Assembly (NCBI GenBank): GCA_963828465.1
Contig: CAWHEU010000020.1
Coordinates: forward strand, 128,001 to 192,000
Reading direction: 5' to 3'
Source of the DNA: an uncultured Acidobacteriota bacterium
Lineage (GTDB): Bacteria; Actinomycetota; Acidimicrobiia; Spongiisociales; ZC4RG35
DNA: 64,000 nt
Made by a program: the position numbers and the translations under genes. The notes beneath the pieces are model-generated. The model searched no databases. It was not told the DNA's origin and saw only the letters and a list, made by a program, of their open reading frames with translations. Shown one piece after another: positions 8,934 to 19,149 of the stretch (the stretch's first letter is position 1; each line of letters starts with the position of its first letter).

Positions 8934-10387
8934 ACGGGCCTGTCCGCCGCCTGTCGATCGGCATATTCGCCGGCTTCTTCGCCCTGCTCCTGGCCGTCAC
9001 CTGGATCCAGGTGATTCATGCCGACGTGCTCAAGGCCGATCCTCGCAACTCTCGTCCGGCACTGTCCGAGCGTGGCAAGGAGCGCGGGCTGATCGTGACC
9101 ATCGACGGGACCGTGGTGGCGCAATCGGTTCCTGACCCCGAAGACCCACGCTCGTTCGTTCGTCAGTACCCCGAAGGCGAGCCATTTGCACACGTCGTGG
9201 GTTACAACTCGTTCCTCGTCGGATCCTCGGGGTTGGAGAACGCATATGCGGATGAGCTCCGCTCCAGGCGGGATCTGACCATCAGCGACCTCGTCTCGGT
9301 CATCCTGGGCCGCGATCTCCGCCCGGAGAGCCTCGAGCTGACGATCAACGCCGCCCTGCAGGAAGCGGCATTCGAAGGCTTGGGCGGGCTCAAAGGCGCG
9401 GTGTTCGCCATCGATCCCAGGACCGGGGCGGTCCTGGCTTCTGTCTCCTCGCCGTCATACGACCCGGAGTCGCTTCTGGGCGGCGATGCAGCGACGGTGT
9501 GGGAGAGCCTCCTAGCCGACCCCGAGGGGCCTCTTCTGGACCGGGCCACCAGGGAGATCTACCCGCCGGGCTCGACTTTCAAGACCGTGGTGACGGCGGC
9601 CGCCCTCGACACCGGGACCGCGGTGCCGGAGACGGAGTTCCCGGACCCCGAGGAGTTCCAGTTGCCCGGGTCGTCGGCGACGATATCCAACGCCGGTGGC
9701 GGCGTCTGCAACGACGGTCAGTCGATCACGTTGCTCCAGGCTTTCATCGTCTCCTGCAACACCACATTCGCCGACCTCTCGATCCAGGTGGGCGCCGAGG
9801 ACGTTGGGATCACCGCGGAGGCGCTCGGTTTCAACACGGACATTCCGTTCCCGTGGACAGTGCCCGAGGCGATCTACCCAGTGGACTTGTTGGCCGAGGA
9901 CCCTGCGGCACTGGCCCAGAGCGGCATCGGGGAACGCGATGTGCGCGCTGCGCCGTTGCATATGGCGATGGTGGCAGCGGCAATCGCCAACGACGGCACC
10001 ACCCTCACCCCTTATCTCGTAAATCGAATCTTTGACGCAGACGGGAACACCGTGGAGACATTCGAACCCAGCCCCATGGGTCAGGCCATGGACCCTGCCA
10101 CGGCCGCCGTTGTAACCGAGATGATGGAGCGCGTCGTCACGGAGGGCACCGGTCAGGCGGCCGCCGTCCCAGATGTCAGAGTGGCCGGCAAGACCGGGAC
10201 CTCCATGGGCCCGGACGGGTTGCCCAACCCGTGGTTTATCGGTTTCGCCCCCGCCGAGGATCCGACGATTGCGATAGCCGTCTTCTTCGAGGCCAGTCCG
10301 GAACTGGGCGAATCCGCCTCCGGCGGCGGTGTCGCAGCCCCCCTTGCCGGCGACCTCATCCAGTTGTGGCTGGAGGGAAGCCCATGA
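8930..10387 (+). CDS. pbpA: Class B penicillin-binding protein
   Basis: PPGSTFK (SxxK), SCN (SxN), KTG motifs. Confidence 0.92.
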   Translation: MNGPVRRLSIGIFAGFFALLLAVTWIQVIHADVLKADPRNSRPALSERGKERGLIVTIDGTVVAQSVPDPEDPRSFVRQYPEGEPFAHVVGYNSFLVGSSGLENAYADELRSRRDLTISDLVSVILGRDLRPESLELTINAALQEAAFEGLGGLKGAVFAIDPRTGAVLASVSSPSYDPESLLGGDAATVWESLLADPEGPLLDRATREIYPPGSTFKTVVTAAALDTGTAVPETEFPDPEEFQLPGSSATISNAGGGVCNDGQSITLLQAFIVSCNTTFADLSIQVGAEDVGITAEALGFNTDIPFPWTVPEAIYPVDLLAEDPAALAQSGIGERDVRAAPLHMAMVAAAIANDGTTLTPYLVNRIFDADGNTVETFEPSPMGQAMDPATAAVVTEMMERVVTEGTGQAAAVPDVRVAGKTGTSMGPDGLPNPWFIGFAPAEDPTIAIAVFFEASPELGESASGGGVAAPLAGDLIQLWLEGSP

Positions 10388-12372
10388 GTTGGGATGAGAG
10401 CCTTCCTACAATCCGCCCGTCTTCCATGGATGCCCAAACCGCACTCACCGACCGTTATCAAATCACGTCCCACCTGGCTCGGGGCGGGATGGCCGACGTG
10501 TATGAGGGCAAGGACAACCTCCTCAATCGCCGGGTTGCGATCAAGGTCCTTCATTCGCAGTATTCCGCCGACGAGGCATTCGTAAAGCGCTTCAGACGCG
10601 AAGCACAGGCCGCAGCCAACTTGAGCCACCCCAACATCGTCGGGATCTACGACTGGGGTCAGGCACAGAACACGTATTTCATCGTCATGGAACTCGTCGA
10701 CGGGCGCTCGCTACGGGACGTCCTCAGATCGGAAGGGGCCTTGCTCCCGCGGCGAGCCACCGAGATCACGGCTGAGGTGGCAGCAGCGCTGTCGGTCGCC
10801 CACCAGGCGGGGCTGGTCCACCGCGACGTGAAGCCGGGCAACATCCTCCTTGCCAAGGACGGCACCGTGAAGGTGACCGACTTCGGCATCGCCCGGGCCT
10901 GGGACGACAGCCAGGAGCTGACCCGGACCGGTGCGGTCATCGGGACCGCTACCTATTTCAGCCCCGAGCAGGCTCAGGGAGCGGCGGCCGATGCCCGGAG
11001 CGATGTCTATTCCCTTGGCGTGGTGCTCTACGAGATGCTCACCGGGCGCCCCCCTTACACAGGCGACAGCCCGATGTCGGTTGCCTTCCAGCACGTTTCG
11101 ACCGAAGCGCCGCTACCGAGCTCGCTCAACGCCGATGTCTCGCCGTCGCTCGACGCGGTGGTGGCCAAGGCGATGCGGAAGGACCCGGTCGCCCGGTACC
11201 AAACCGCCGATGAGATGCGCGCCGACCTCCTGTCGGTGCTCAAGGGAGAAGAGGTTGGCATGCCGCCTCTCATCGTGCCCGTGGCGGTACCGGCCAACGG
11301 AGACGGCGCGACGCGGGTGATGTCGACCACCCCCGTGCCTCCGGCCACGGCACCCCCGGACGAGATGTACCGGGATGTAGAGGAGGAACCGTCCTCGCAG
11401 ATGCCGTTCATCCTGACCGCATTTGGCCTCCTGCTCGCACTCGGAGGGCTGATCTTTCTCCTCTTTCAGCTGGCCGGGGGCGGCGAGGAGGAGCCGACTC
11501 TCGTCGAGGTACCCAACGTCACGGGAATCAGCCAGGCCGAGGCTCTACAGCGTCTCCAGCAGGACGGGTTCCTGGTCACGACCTTCTTCGAGTCGAGCGA
11601 CACGGTTGAGGCAGGCGATGTCATTCGGACCGACCCCACTTTCGGGACGATGGTCGAAGAGGGGTCGACTGTCGAGGTCTATGTCTCTTCTGGGCCTGAA
11701 GAGATCGAGGTGCCACCTGTCGTTGGCCAGACCAGAGCGGAGGCGGAGCGCCTGATAACCGAGGCGGGACTCAGCATCGGAGAAGTGACCGAACGCGCCG
11801 ACGCCACCTTCGCCGAAGGGATCGTGATCGAGCAGGATCCCCCGCAGGGAGTGAGAGTTGGTGTGGATGCCCCGGTCAACCTGGTGGTGTCGACGGGACC
11901 CGAAACGGTGGTCGTGCCCAATCTGGTGAATCTGAGCGAGCGGGATGCCACCGCCCAGCTTCAAGCGCTCGGGTTGCTGGTGCGGGTTCAGGACGAGTAT
12001 TCGGACACGGTCGCAAGAGACCTGGTGGTTCGCTCCGACCCTGTGGCGGACAGCGAGGTCCAGCTCGGTGACACTGTTCTCATCGTCGTCTCGCAGGGCC
12101 CGGCACCCGTCGAAGTGCCCGACCTGATCGGGTTGAGTCAGGCCGAAGCCGAGGCCGCACTGGCCGAGCTCGGACTGACGATGGTCGCCGACACACAAGG
12201 AGTCGCCGATTCGGAGCAGGACGGCCTCGTGATCGATCAGAACCCGAATGCGGGTGAGGTGCTCTTGCCCGGCGACACGGTGAACGTGGCGGTTGGTGAA
12301 TTCACGCCGCCGCCTACGACGGCAGCTCCCACCACTACGACTACCACGACGGTTCCGACAACCGCGCCCTGA
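10384..12372 (+). CDS. pknB: Ser/Thr kinase with four PASTA repeats
   Basis: VAIK, HRDVKPGN, DFG, TM helix, four VP-N/P/D PASTA units, Thr-rich tail. Confidence 0.95.
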   Translation: MSWDESLPTIRPSSMDAQTALTDRYQITSHLARGGMADVYEGKDNLLNRRVAIKVLHSQYSADEAFVKRFRREAQAAANLSHPNIVGIYDWGQAQNTYFIVMELVDGRSLRDVLRSEGALLPRRATEITAEVAAALSVAHQAGLVHRDVKPGNILLAKDGTVKVTDFGIARAWDDSQELTRTGAVIGTATYFSPEQAQGAAADARSDVYSLGVVLYEMLTGRPPYTGDSPMSVAFQHVSTEAPLPSSLNADVSPSLDAVVAKAMRKDPVARYQTADEMRADLLSVLKGEEVGMPPLIVPVAVPANGDGATRVMSTTPVPPATAPPDEMYRDVEEEPSSQMPFILTAFGLLLALGGLIFLLFQLAGGGEEEPTLVEVPNVTGISQAEALQRLQQDGFLVTTFFESSDTVEAGDVIRTDPTFGTMVEEGSTVEVYVSSGPEEIEVPPVVGQTRAEAERLITEAGLSIGEVTERADATFAEGIVIEQDPPQGVRVGVDAPVNLVVSTGPETVVVPNLVNLSERDATAQLQALGLLVRVQDEYSDTVARDLVVRSDPVADSEVQLGDTVLIVVSQGPAPVEVPDLIGLSQAEAEAALAELGLTMVADTQGVADSEQDGLVIDQNPNAGEVLLPGDTVNVAVGEFTPPPTTAAPTTTTTTTVPTTAP

Positions 12373-12373
12373 C

Positions 12374-12613
12374 TCAGCGGTAATTGGTGGTCATGAGGAA
12401 GCCGGCGGCGATCGCCACGAGGCCGGCGATCAGGATCGTCTGATCCCATTCGAAGACGAAGCGGAGGATCACCAGAACGACGCCAACCACCATCAACCCG
12501 GCCATCAGGGCCACGTACCAGGTCGGGCTTGGATCTTTGGCCTTGACCGCGGCCTGGGCGGCACTTGCCGAAACCGGTCTGTTCTTGGGCTTACGACGCT
12601 TCGACTCGGGCAC
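12374..12613 (-). CDS. crgA: Cell division protein CrgA
   Basis: MPESKRRK...SPTWY, two TM helices, GFLMTTNYR; convergent with pknB. Confidence 0.88.
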   Translation of the reverse strand: MPESKRRKPKNRPVSASAAQAAVKAKDPSPTWYVALMAGLMVVGVVLVILRFVFEWDQTILIAGLVAIAAGFLMTTNYR

Positions 12614-12656
12614 GAGCAGCGAGGGTAGTCAAAAACGTATGGCGGCATCGCCGAGT

Positions 12657-12716
12657 TACACGTGTGTAGTTCTCAACAGCCTTGTGGAAAAACCCTGGGA
12701 AAACTACAACGGTGTC
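12657..12716. promoter_or_regulatory. DnaA-box-like cluster flanked by two TACAC-NN-GTGTA palindromes upstream of crgA
   Basis: TACACGTGTGTA 12657-12668, TTCTCAACA 12670-12678, TGTGGAAAA 12683-12691, TGGGAAAAC 12696-12704, TACAACGGTGTC 12705-12716. Confidence 0.5.
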
Positions 12717-12717
12717 A

Positions 12718-12975
12718 TTACGCCGGGCGCCACACCGGCACCATGTCCTCCCGGCAGTGCCGGGGAGGGTTGTCCTCGCTGACGTTCACCGCCGTCATCG
12801 TCAACTCGGCCCCGCAGACCGTGCATCGGTAGTCCTGATCGACAGTGACCACGTCTTCCGGATCGACCTCAGGAGGTGGTGTCGAGAGCATGCGGATGAT
12901 GGCGATGGAGACCCGCCAGATGATGTACCCGGCGACCAAGGCGAGGATGACTTCGACGGCAGAGATGCCGTTCAA
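12718..12975 (-). CDS. Small membrane-anchored metal-binding (CxxC...HC) protein
   Basis: TTG start overlaps the thiolase stop (TTGA); TM helix then YRCTVCGAE...PRHCREDM. Confidence 0.7.
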   Translation of the reverse strand: MNGISAVEVILALVAGYIIWRVSIAIIRMLSTPPPEVDPEDVVTVDQDYRCTVCGAELTMTAVNVSEDNPPRHCREDMVPVWRPA

Positions 12976-14150
12976 ACTCGCTCGATGATCAGGGCGTTGG
13001 CCATGCCCCCGCCTTCGCACATGGTCTGCAGCCCGTAACGGCCCCCGGTCCGCTCCAACTCCCATACCAGCGTCGTCAGGAGGCGGGCACCGCTGGCCCC
13101 GAGCGGGTGGCCCAGAGCGATCGCGCCGCCATTGACGTTGGTCCGCTCCCACAAAGCGGTCGGGTCGGAGCCACCGTGTTCCATGCGCCATGCGACGGTC
13201 ACCGCCGCAAATGCCTCATTCACCTCGAAGAGGTCGATCTCGTCGATGCCGAGCCCGGCCCGCTCGAGGACCTTTTCGGTGGCCGGGATAGGCCCGGTCA
13301 GCATGGTCACCGGGTCGACCCCCGCCATGGCGAAAGCGAGGAACCGCGCCTTCGGCGTCAGACCCAGGGCCCTGGCCTTGTCTTCAGACATGATCAACAC
13401 AGCCGCGGCGCCATCAGAGATCTGCGAGGAGTTGCCGGCAGTGATCACGCCGTCGCTCTTGAAGGCGGGCTGGAGGGCTGCCAGTTTCTCGAGAGAAGTG
13501 TCCTCCCGGATGCCCTCGTCCCTGGTGACGGTGTGAAGCCGCCCGTCGTCGCCGGTCACTCCGACCGGGATGATCTGTTCCTCGAATCGGCCCTCGGCCG
13601 TGGCCCGGGACGCCCTCCGATGAGACTCGAGTGAGAGCTCATCCAGTTCCTGTCGGGCGACGCCCCATTTCTCGGCGATCATCTCGGCCGAGAGACCCTG
13701 GGGAACGAGTCCCTGCGAATACCGCTCCAACATCCGGGACCCGAACGGGAGCCCGGGTCCCTGGTGTGCCGTGATCCCCATCGGAACCCTGGTCATGTTC
13801 TCCACGCCGGCGGCGACCACCACATCCTGGGCGCCGGCCATGATCGCCTGCGCGGCGAAATGCGCCGACTGCTGGGACGAGCCGCACTGGCGGTCGATGG
13901 TGACACCGGGAACCTCTTCGGGATACCCGGCAGCCAATGCGGCGTTGCGTCCGACGTTGTATGCCTGCTCCCCCGTCTGGCTGACCGTCCCCATGATCAC
14001 ATCGTCGATGAGGGACGGGTCGATGCCATTGCGTTCCACCAGCGCCTCGAGCGGTCGGGAGGCGAGATCGACCGGGTGATAGTCCTTGAACACCCCGTTG
14101 CGACGGCCGACCGGTGTCCGCACCGCATCGACGATGACGGCATTGGTCAT
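12972..14150 (-). CDS. Thiolase (acetyl-CoA C-acyltransferase)
   Basis: RQCGSS, NEAFA, GHPLGASG, MCEGGG. Confidence 0.95.
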   Translation of the reverse strand: MTNAVIVDAVRTPVGRRNGVFKDYHPVDLASRPLEALVERNGIDPSLIDDVIMGTVSQTGEQAYNVGRNAALAAGYPEEVPGVTIDRQCGSSQQSAHFAAQAIMAGAQDVVVAAGVENMTRVPMGITAHQGPGLPFGSRMLERYSQGLVPQGLSAEMIAEKWGVARQELDELSLESHRRASRATAEGRFEEQIIPVGVTGDDGRLHTVTRDEGIREDTSLEKLAALQPAFKSDGVITAGNSSQISDGAAAVLIMSEDKARALGLTPKARFLAFAMAGVDPVTMLTGPIPATEKVLERAGLGIDEIDLFEVNEAFAAVTVAWRMEHGGSDPTALWERTNVNGGAIALGHPLGASGARLLTTLVWELERTGGRYGLQTMCEGGGMANALIIERV

Positions 14151-14173
14151 GTGTGACTCCAATCATCCGGCTG

Positions 14174-14246
14174 TGGAGACGATGGGACTCGAACCCACGA
14201 CCCCCGGCTTGCAAAGCCGGTGCTCTTCCAACTGAGCTACGTCCCC
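14174..14246 (-). tRNA. tRNA-Ala(TGC)
   Basis: GGGGACGTAGCTCAGTTGG...TT TGC AA...GGTTCGAGTCC; G3:U70 pair present. Confidence 0.96.
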
Positions 14247-14303
14247 CGATATGCCCGCATTCTAAGGGTGCACCCCGACTCCCAACCCCCCGAACATCCA
14301 TGA

Positions 14304-15326
<1,023 letters not shown>

Positions 15327-15345
15327 GTCAACTTCAGCAGCGATA

Positions 15346-15378
15346 GAGAAGGCCCCGCCTCACGGCGGGGCCTTTCTC
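15346..15378. terminator. Bidirectional intrinsic terminator
   Basis: gagaaggccccgcc-tcac-ggcggggcctttctc between convergent genes. Confidence 0.8.
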
Positions 15379-15399
15379 ATGCCATGCTGATCCGGTCGA

Positions 15400-16101
15400 T
15401 CACACCGCGACATGCTCCGGCATCGGAATGCGTGGCTCTATGTCGCTCCGCACACCCTTTATCAGCAGATAACCGATCATCCAGAACTCGCCCACGGTCG
15501 CCAGCGCGGTGAGGGCGAGTTCCGGCACTTCGGGGATCAGGTAGAGCACGAACGCACTCAGGATGTAGCCGACGCCGCCGAAGATGAGGATCCAGCCCAG
15601 AGGCCGGGGCATCCACCGAGAAGCCACCACCAGGTACCCCATCGGGATCAACCAAAGCCCGAAGAACAGCGCACCCACGCCCCAGAAGGCTCCACTCAGC
15701 TCATACATCAACTGGACCGTTGCGGCAGCATCGCCGCCGGGGGCGAGCGCAGGATCGAGGGCAACTGTGAGGGCGCTCACCAGGAAAGCGGCGCTACTCA
15801 GGATCGCGGTGCTGTTGATGAGGCCGAAAGCCGCAAGTGAGCCTGCCGCGGTGCTGCTGACCGTCCGGAACAGCTTGTAGAACCAGACCGCTGCAAGCGC
15901 CTGAGTGAGCACGACGAGGAGCTCGAGGGCGATTCCGAGTCGAGCCAGCATCTCGCGTTCGACGAGGTTGGCCAATGTGGCGGCAGCGTCGCCGGCCACA
16001 TAGATCTCCGGGCGGATCAGCAGGAACCCCAGCATCCCGGTGACCCCGACGCCCAGATACAGCCACCCCGTGGTTCGGGCCGTCTTCTTCAGTGAACTCA
16101 T
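15400..16101 (-). CDS. DUF4386 family membrane protein
   Basis: TARTTGWLYL N-terminus, FFGLWLIPMGYLV...MPRPLG, GEFWMIGYLLIKG; GGAGG RBS. Confidence 0.82.
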   Translation of the reverse strand: MSSLKKTARTTGWLYLGVGVTGMLGFLLIRPEIYVAGDAAATLANLVEREMLARLGIALELLVVLTQALAAVWFYKLFRTVSSTAAGSLAAFGLINSTAILSSAAFLVSALTVALDPALAPGGDAAATVQLMYELSGAFWGVGALFFGLWLIPMGYLVVASRWMPRPLGWILIFGGVGYILSAFVLYLIPEVPELALTALATVGEFWMIGYLLIKGVRSDIEPRIPMPEHVAV

Positions 16102-16125
16102 GAGCATTTCCTCCGCCAAGTCGGT

Positions 16126-16178
16126 CTTACTACGTAAGTCGTACGACGTAAGGTACTCGTACAGCGTAAGACTGTCAA
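16126..16178 (-). promoter_or_regulatory. Sigma70-type promoter overlapped by three operator-like palindromes
   Basis: Minus strand TTGACA-17 nt-TACCTT; CTTACTACGTAAG 16126-16138, CGTACGACGTAAG 16140-16152, CGTACAGCGTAAG 16158-16170. Confidence 0.75.
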
Positions 16179-16212
16179 GGGCTCATGACCTATCGGCGAC
16201 GAATGACGGCCG

Positions 16213-16623
16213 TTACGACGTCTTTGGTCGATGCGTGGTGGTTCGCTTGACGGTGCCGTCGGGGTTGTAAGAAGTCCATTCCCCGGCCTTCTTGCCGTGG
16301 TCAAAGGCTCCGTGGTCGATCAGGTTCCCATTGGCATCCCAGCGCTCCCAGAATCCATGCTTCTCGGAATCATGGAATCCCCCACGCTGCAGGAGACCAC
16401 CGGTCGAGCGATACCAGGTCCACGCCCCGTCCACGACGCCTCTCTCGTAACTGCCCTCCGAGCGCACCGATCCGTCGACGAAATAGTGGCGCCACACACC
16501 CTGACGTTTGCCCTCGACGTACTCACCGGTCATCACCCCGCCGTGGGAGTCCGCTTCGGTCCAGACACCGACTTTCCGGCCCTGGCCGTCGGTCTCATTC
16601 GGCGCTTGATCGTCGTCGGTCAT
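16213..16623 (-). CDS. MORN-variant repeat protein (YwqK-like)
   Basis: Five G-x-Y/F-x-x-G-x-x-x-G-x-W repeats. Confidence 0.8.
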   Translation of the reverse strand: MTDDDQAPNETDGQGRKVGVWTEADSHGGVMTGEYVEGKRQGVWRHYFVDGSVRSEGSYERGVVDGAWTWYRSTGGLLQRGGFHDSEKHGFWERWDANGNLIDHGAFDHGKKAGEWTSYNPDGTVKRTTTHRPKTS

Positions 16624-16690
16624 ACTGGAATCGTTATTACGGCTCGCGGTGGGTCGCAATTTAGAACTCCGACAGAACGGGTACGCTGCG

Positions 16691-17329
16691 ATGGGGAAAG
16701 TTCGATTCAATATCAGCATGTCCTTGGACGGCTTCATGGCCGGCCCGGACCAGAGTGAAGAGAACCCGCTCGGGGTCGGTGGGATGGACCTGCACCGATG
16801 GCTTTTCGACATGGAGGCCTGGAGGTCGTCCCACGGTGAACCCGGCGGCCGAATCGACGCGAGCACGCCGGTGGTCAGCGAGATGGAATCAGGGTTTGGT
16901 GCGGTCGTCATGGGGCGCAACATGTTCGGCCCGATACGCGGCGACTGGGGCGCCGACCCGTGGCGGGGTTGGTGGGGGGACAACCCGCCCTATCACAAAC
17001 CCGTCTTCGTGCTCACCCACTATGGGCGCGAGTCGCTGGAGATGGCTGGAGGCACAACATTCCACTTCGCCGCCGATGGTCCCGAATCGGCATTGGATCA
17101 AGCGGTGGCGGCCGCCGGCGACGATGACGTCCTGATAGCCGGCGGCGCGTCGGTGATCCGCAACTATCTGGGCGCCGGCGACATCGACGAGTTCTGGCTC
17201 AGCATCGTCCCCCTTCTGCTCGGCGCCGGAGAGCGACCTTTCGACGACATCTCCTCGAAGACCAGTGTTGAAGTGGTTGATGTGGTCGCAGCACCGAAAG
17301 TCACACACCTCAAGTACGCCGTCCGCTGA
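16691..17329 (+). CDS. Dihydrofolate reductase family (RibD C-terminal) protein
   Basis: SMSLDGFMAGP, VMGRNMF, IAGGA, PLLLGAGERPF. Confidence 0.88.
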   Translation: MGKVRFNISMSLDGFMAGPDQSEENPLGVGGMDLHRWLFDMEAWRSSHGEPGGRIDASTPVVSEMESGFGAVVMGRNMFGPIRGDWGADPWRGWWGDNPPYHKPVFVLTHYGRESLEMAGGTTFHFAADGPESALDQAVAAAGDDDVLIAGGASVIRNYLGAGDIDEFWLSIVPLLLGAGERPFDDISSKTSVEVVDVVAAPKVTHLKYAVR

Positions 17330-17420
17330 AAAGTGGATGCTCCAGCTGAGGCGGGGAAGGCCACTTCGCCTCGATTTCGAGACCCGATAGAATTTCACCC
17401 CCTTGACTAGCAAGTCGGGA

Positions 17421-17495
17421 GGGCCCATAGCTCAGCCCGGTTAGAGCGCATCCCTGATAAGGATGAGGTCCGTGGTTCAAGTCCACGTGGGCCCA
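17421..17495 (+). tRNA. tRNA-Ile(GAT)
   Basis: GGGCCCATAGCTCAG...CT GAT AA...GGTTCAAGTCCACGTGGGCCCA. Confidence 0.96.
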
Positions 17496-17566
17496 CTCTC
17501 GAAATCCGCTAGAACCCTGGCGGCTGCCAACGCCGCTCGGCGGTCGAGGTGCCTTAGGATCAAAGG

Positions 17567-17902
17567 GTGATCAAGACGATCGATTTCGCGTCGGCGGCGA
17601 AGATCGGCTTGCTCTTGACCGTTCCATTCCTGGTGATGGAACTGGTCTTCAACGGTGCGAACAGGGTCAGCGTGATCACCCCCGAGTACCACCTCGGCAT
17701 CATCTTCTTGTTTGCGCTTCTCTGGGCGCTGCCGACCGGGTTCCTAGTCACGCTCCGTCCAATCCTCACCGGTCGTGGATCCGGTGCTTCTCCGATCTCG
17801 ACCTTGATCCGGCTGGTGGTCCTGGTCGCGCTCGGAACCTTGTGGGTGGCCTTCATCGCCGATCAGTGGCCGTGCTTCACCGGCGTGCCCAACTGCGACT
17901 AG
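17567..17902 (+). CDS. Hypothetical membrane protein (3 TM)
   Basis: Hydrophobic segments, C-terminal DQWPCFTGVPNCD. Confidence 0.65.
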   Translation: MIKTIDFASAAKIGLLLTVPFLVMELVFNGANRVSVITPEYHLGIIFLFALLWALPTGFLVTLRPILTGRGSGASPISTLIRLVVLVALGTLWVAFIADQWPCFTGVPNCD

Positions 17903-17919
17903 AACACTGGACTGAGACG

Positions 17920-19143
17920 GTGGACCGCTCACTCGATGTCGAAGCACTGCGGGCCCGGTTCCCGGCCCTCCAGCGGCGCGAGCACGGTCAGGTCGTGGCC
18001 TATCTCGACGGACCGGGGGGCACTCAGGTCCCGCAGTCTGTGATCGACGCGATGAGCCGAGTCCTCGAACACGGTGTGAGCAACCTCGGCGGTGGTTTCG
18101 GGGCATCGCATGACGCCAACGAGACGACCACGCAAGGAAGGCTGGCTATGGCCGACTTCTTCAACGCCGATCCGAGCGAAATCTCCTTCGGTCAGAACAT
18201 GACCAGCATCACCTTCGCCGTGAGCCGCGCGCTGGCCAGGACCTGGCGCAGTGGCGACGCCATCGTCGTCACCAGTCTCGACCACGACGCCAACTTCACT
18301 CCTTGGGTGCGGGCAGCCGAAGAAGCCGGAGTCGAGGTTCGCATCGCCCATTTCGATCCGGCCACCGGCGAGCTCGACCCGGCGGAGATCGCCAGCCTTC
18401 TCGACGAGCGGGTCCGTCTCGTCGCCACCTGTGTCGCCTCGAACGCGATCGGGACGTTGGTGGATGTCGGGACGATCACCCAGCTAGCCCATGATGCCGG
18501 AGCCCTCGTGTATCTCGATGCGGTCCACGCCGGCCCGCACCAACTGATCGATGTCCGCAGCATCGATTGTGACTTTCTGGTCGCATCCTCGTACAAGTTC
18601 TTCGGGCCCCACACCGGGATCCTCTACGGAAAGCTGGATCGCCTCGCCGACCTCGACTTCTACAAGGTCCGGCCCGCACCGTCCGACCCACCCGACAAGC
18701 TGGAGACCGGGACGCAGAGTTTCGAGTCGATCGCCGGCGTGACGGCTGCAGTCGACCATCTGGCCGGTCTGGGCGACGGCCCGAACCGGAGAGCCAGGCT
18801 CGTCGACGGTTTCTCCCGGATTCGGGCCCACGAGCGCAACCTCGCGGCCAGATTCCTCGACGGCATCGCTGCGCTGGAGAAGGTCACCGTCCATGGGGTG
18901 CCTGAGGCCGACGATCGGAGAGTGTCCACGTTTGCCCTGTCGTTGAGTGGCAAATCGGCGGAGCCTGTCGCCGCCCACATGGCCGATCAGGGCCTTTACG
19001 TGTGGTCCGGCCACTACTACGCCCTCAACGCCATCGAGCGTCTCGGGTTTTCCGACTCGGGCGGCCTGATCCGGGTGGGGTTCGTCCAGTACAACACAGC
19101 GGACGAGGCCGACCGGGCCTTGGAGGCCCTTGCCGGCGTCTGA
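17920..19143 (+). CDS. Cysteine desulfurase-like protein (class V PLP enzyme)
   Basis: LDGPGGTQVP, LDHDAN, SSYKFFGPH, ETGT. Confidence 0.9.
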   Translation: MDRSLDVEALRARFPALQRREHGQVVAYLDGPGGTQVPQSVIDAMSRVLEHGVSNLGGGFGASHDANETTTQGRLAMADFFNADPSEISFGQNMTSITFAVSRALARTWRSGDAIVVTSLDHDANFTPWVRAAEEAGVEVRIAHFDPATGELDPAEIASLLDERVRLVATCVASNAIGTLVDVGTITQLAHDAGALVYLDAVHAGPHQLIDVRSIDCDFLVASSYKFFGPHTGILYGKLDRLADLDFYKVRPAPSDPPDKLETGTQSFESIAGVTAAVDHLAGLGDGPNRRARLVDGFSRIRAHERNLAARFLDGIAALEKVTVHGVPEADDRRVSTFALSLSGKSAEPVAAHMADQGLYVWSGHYYALNAIERLGFSDSGGLIRVGFVQYNTADEADRALEALAGV

Positions 19144-19149
19144 CCGAGA

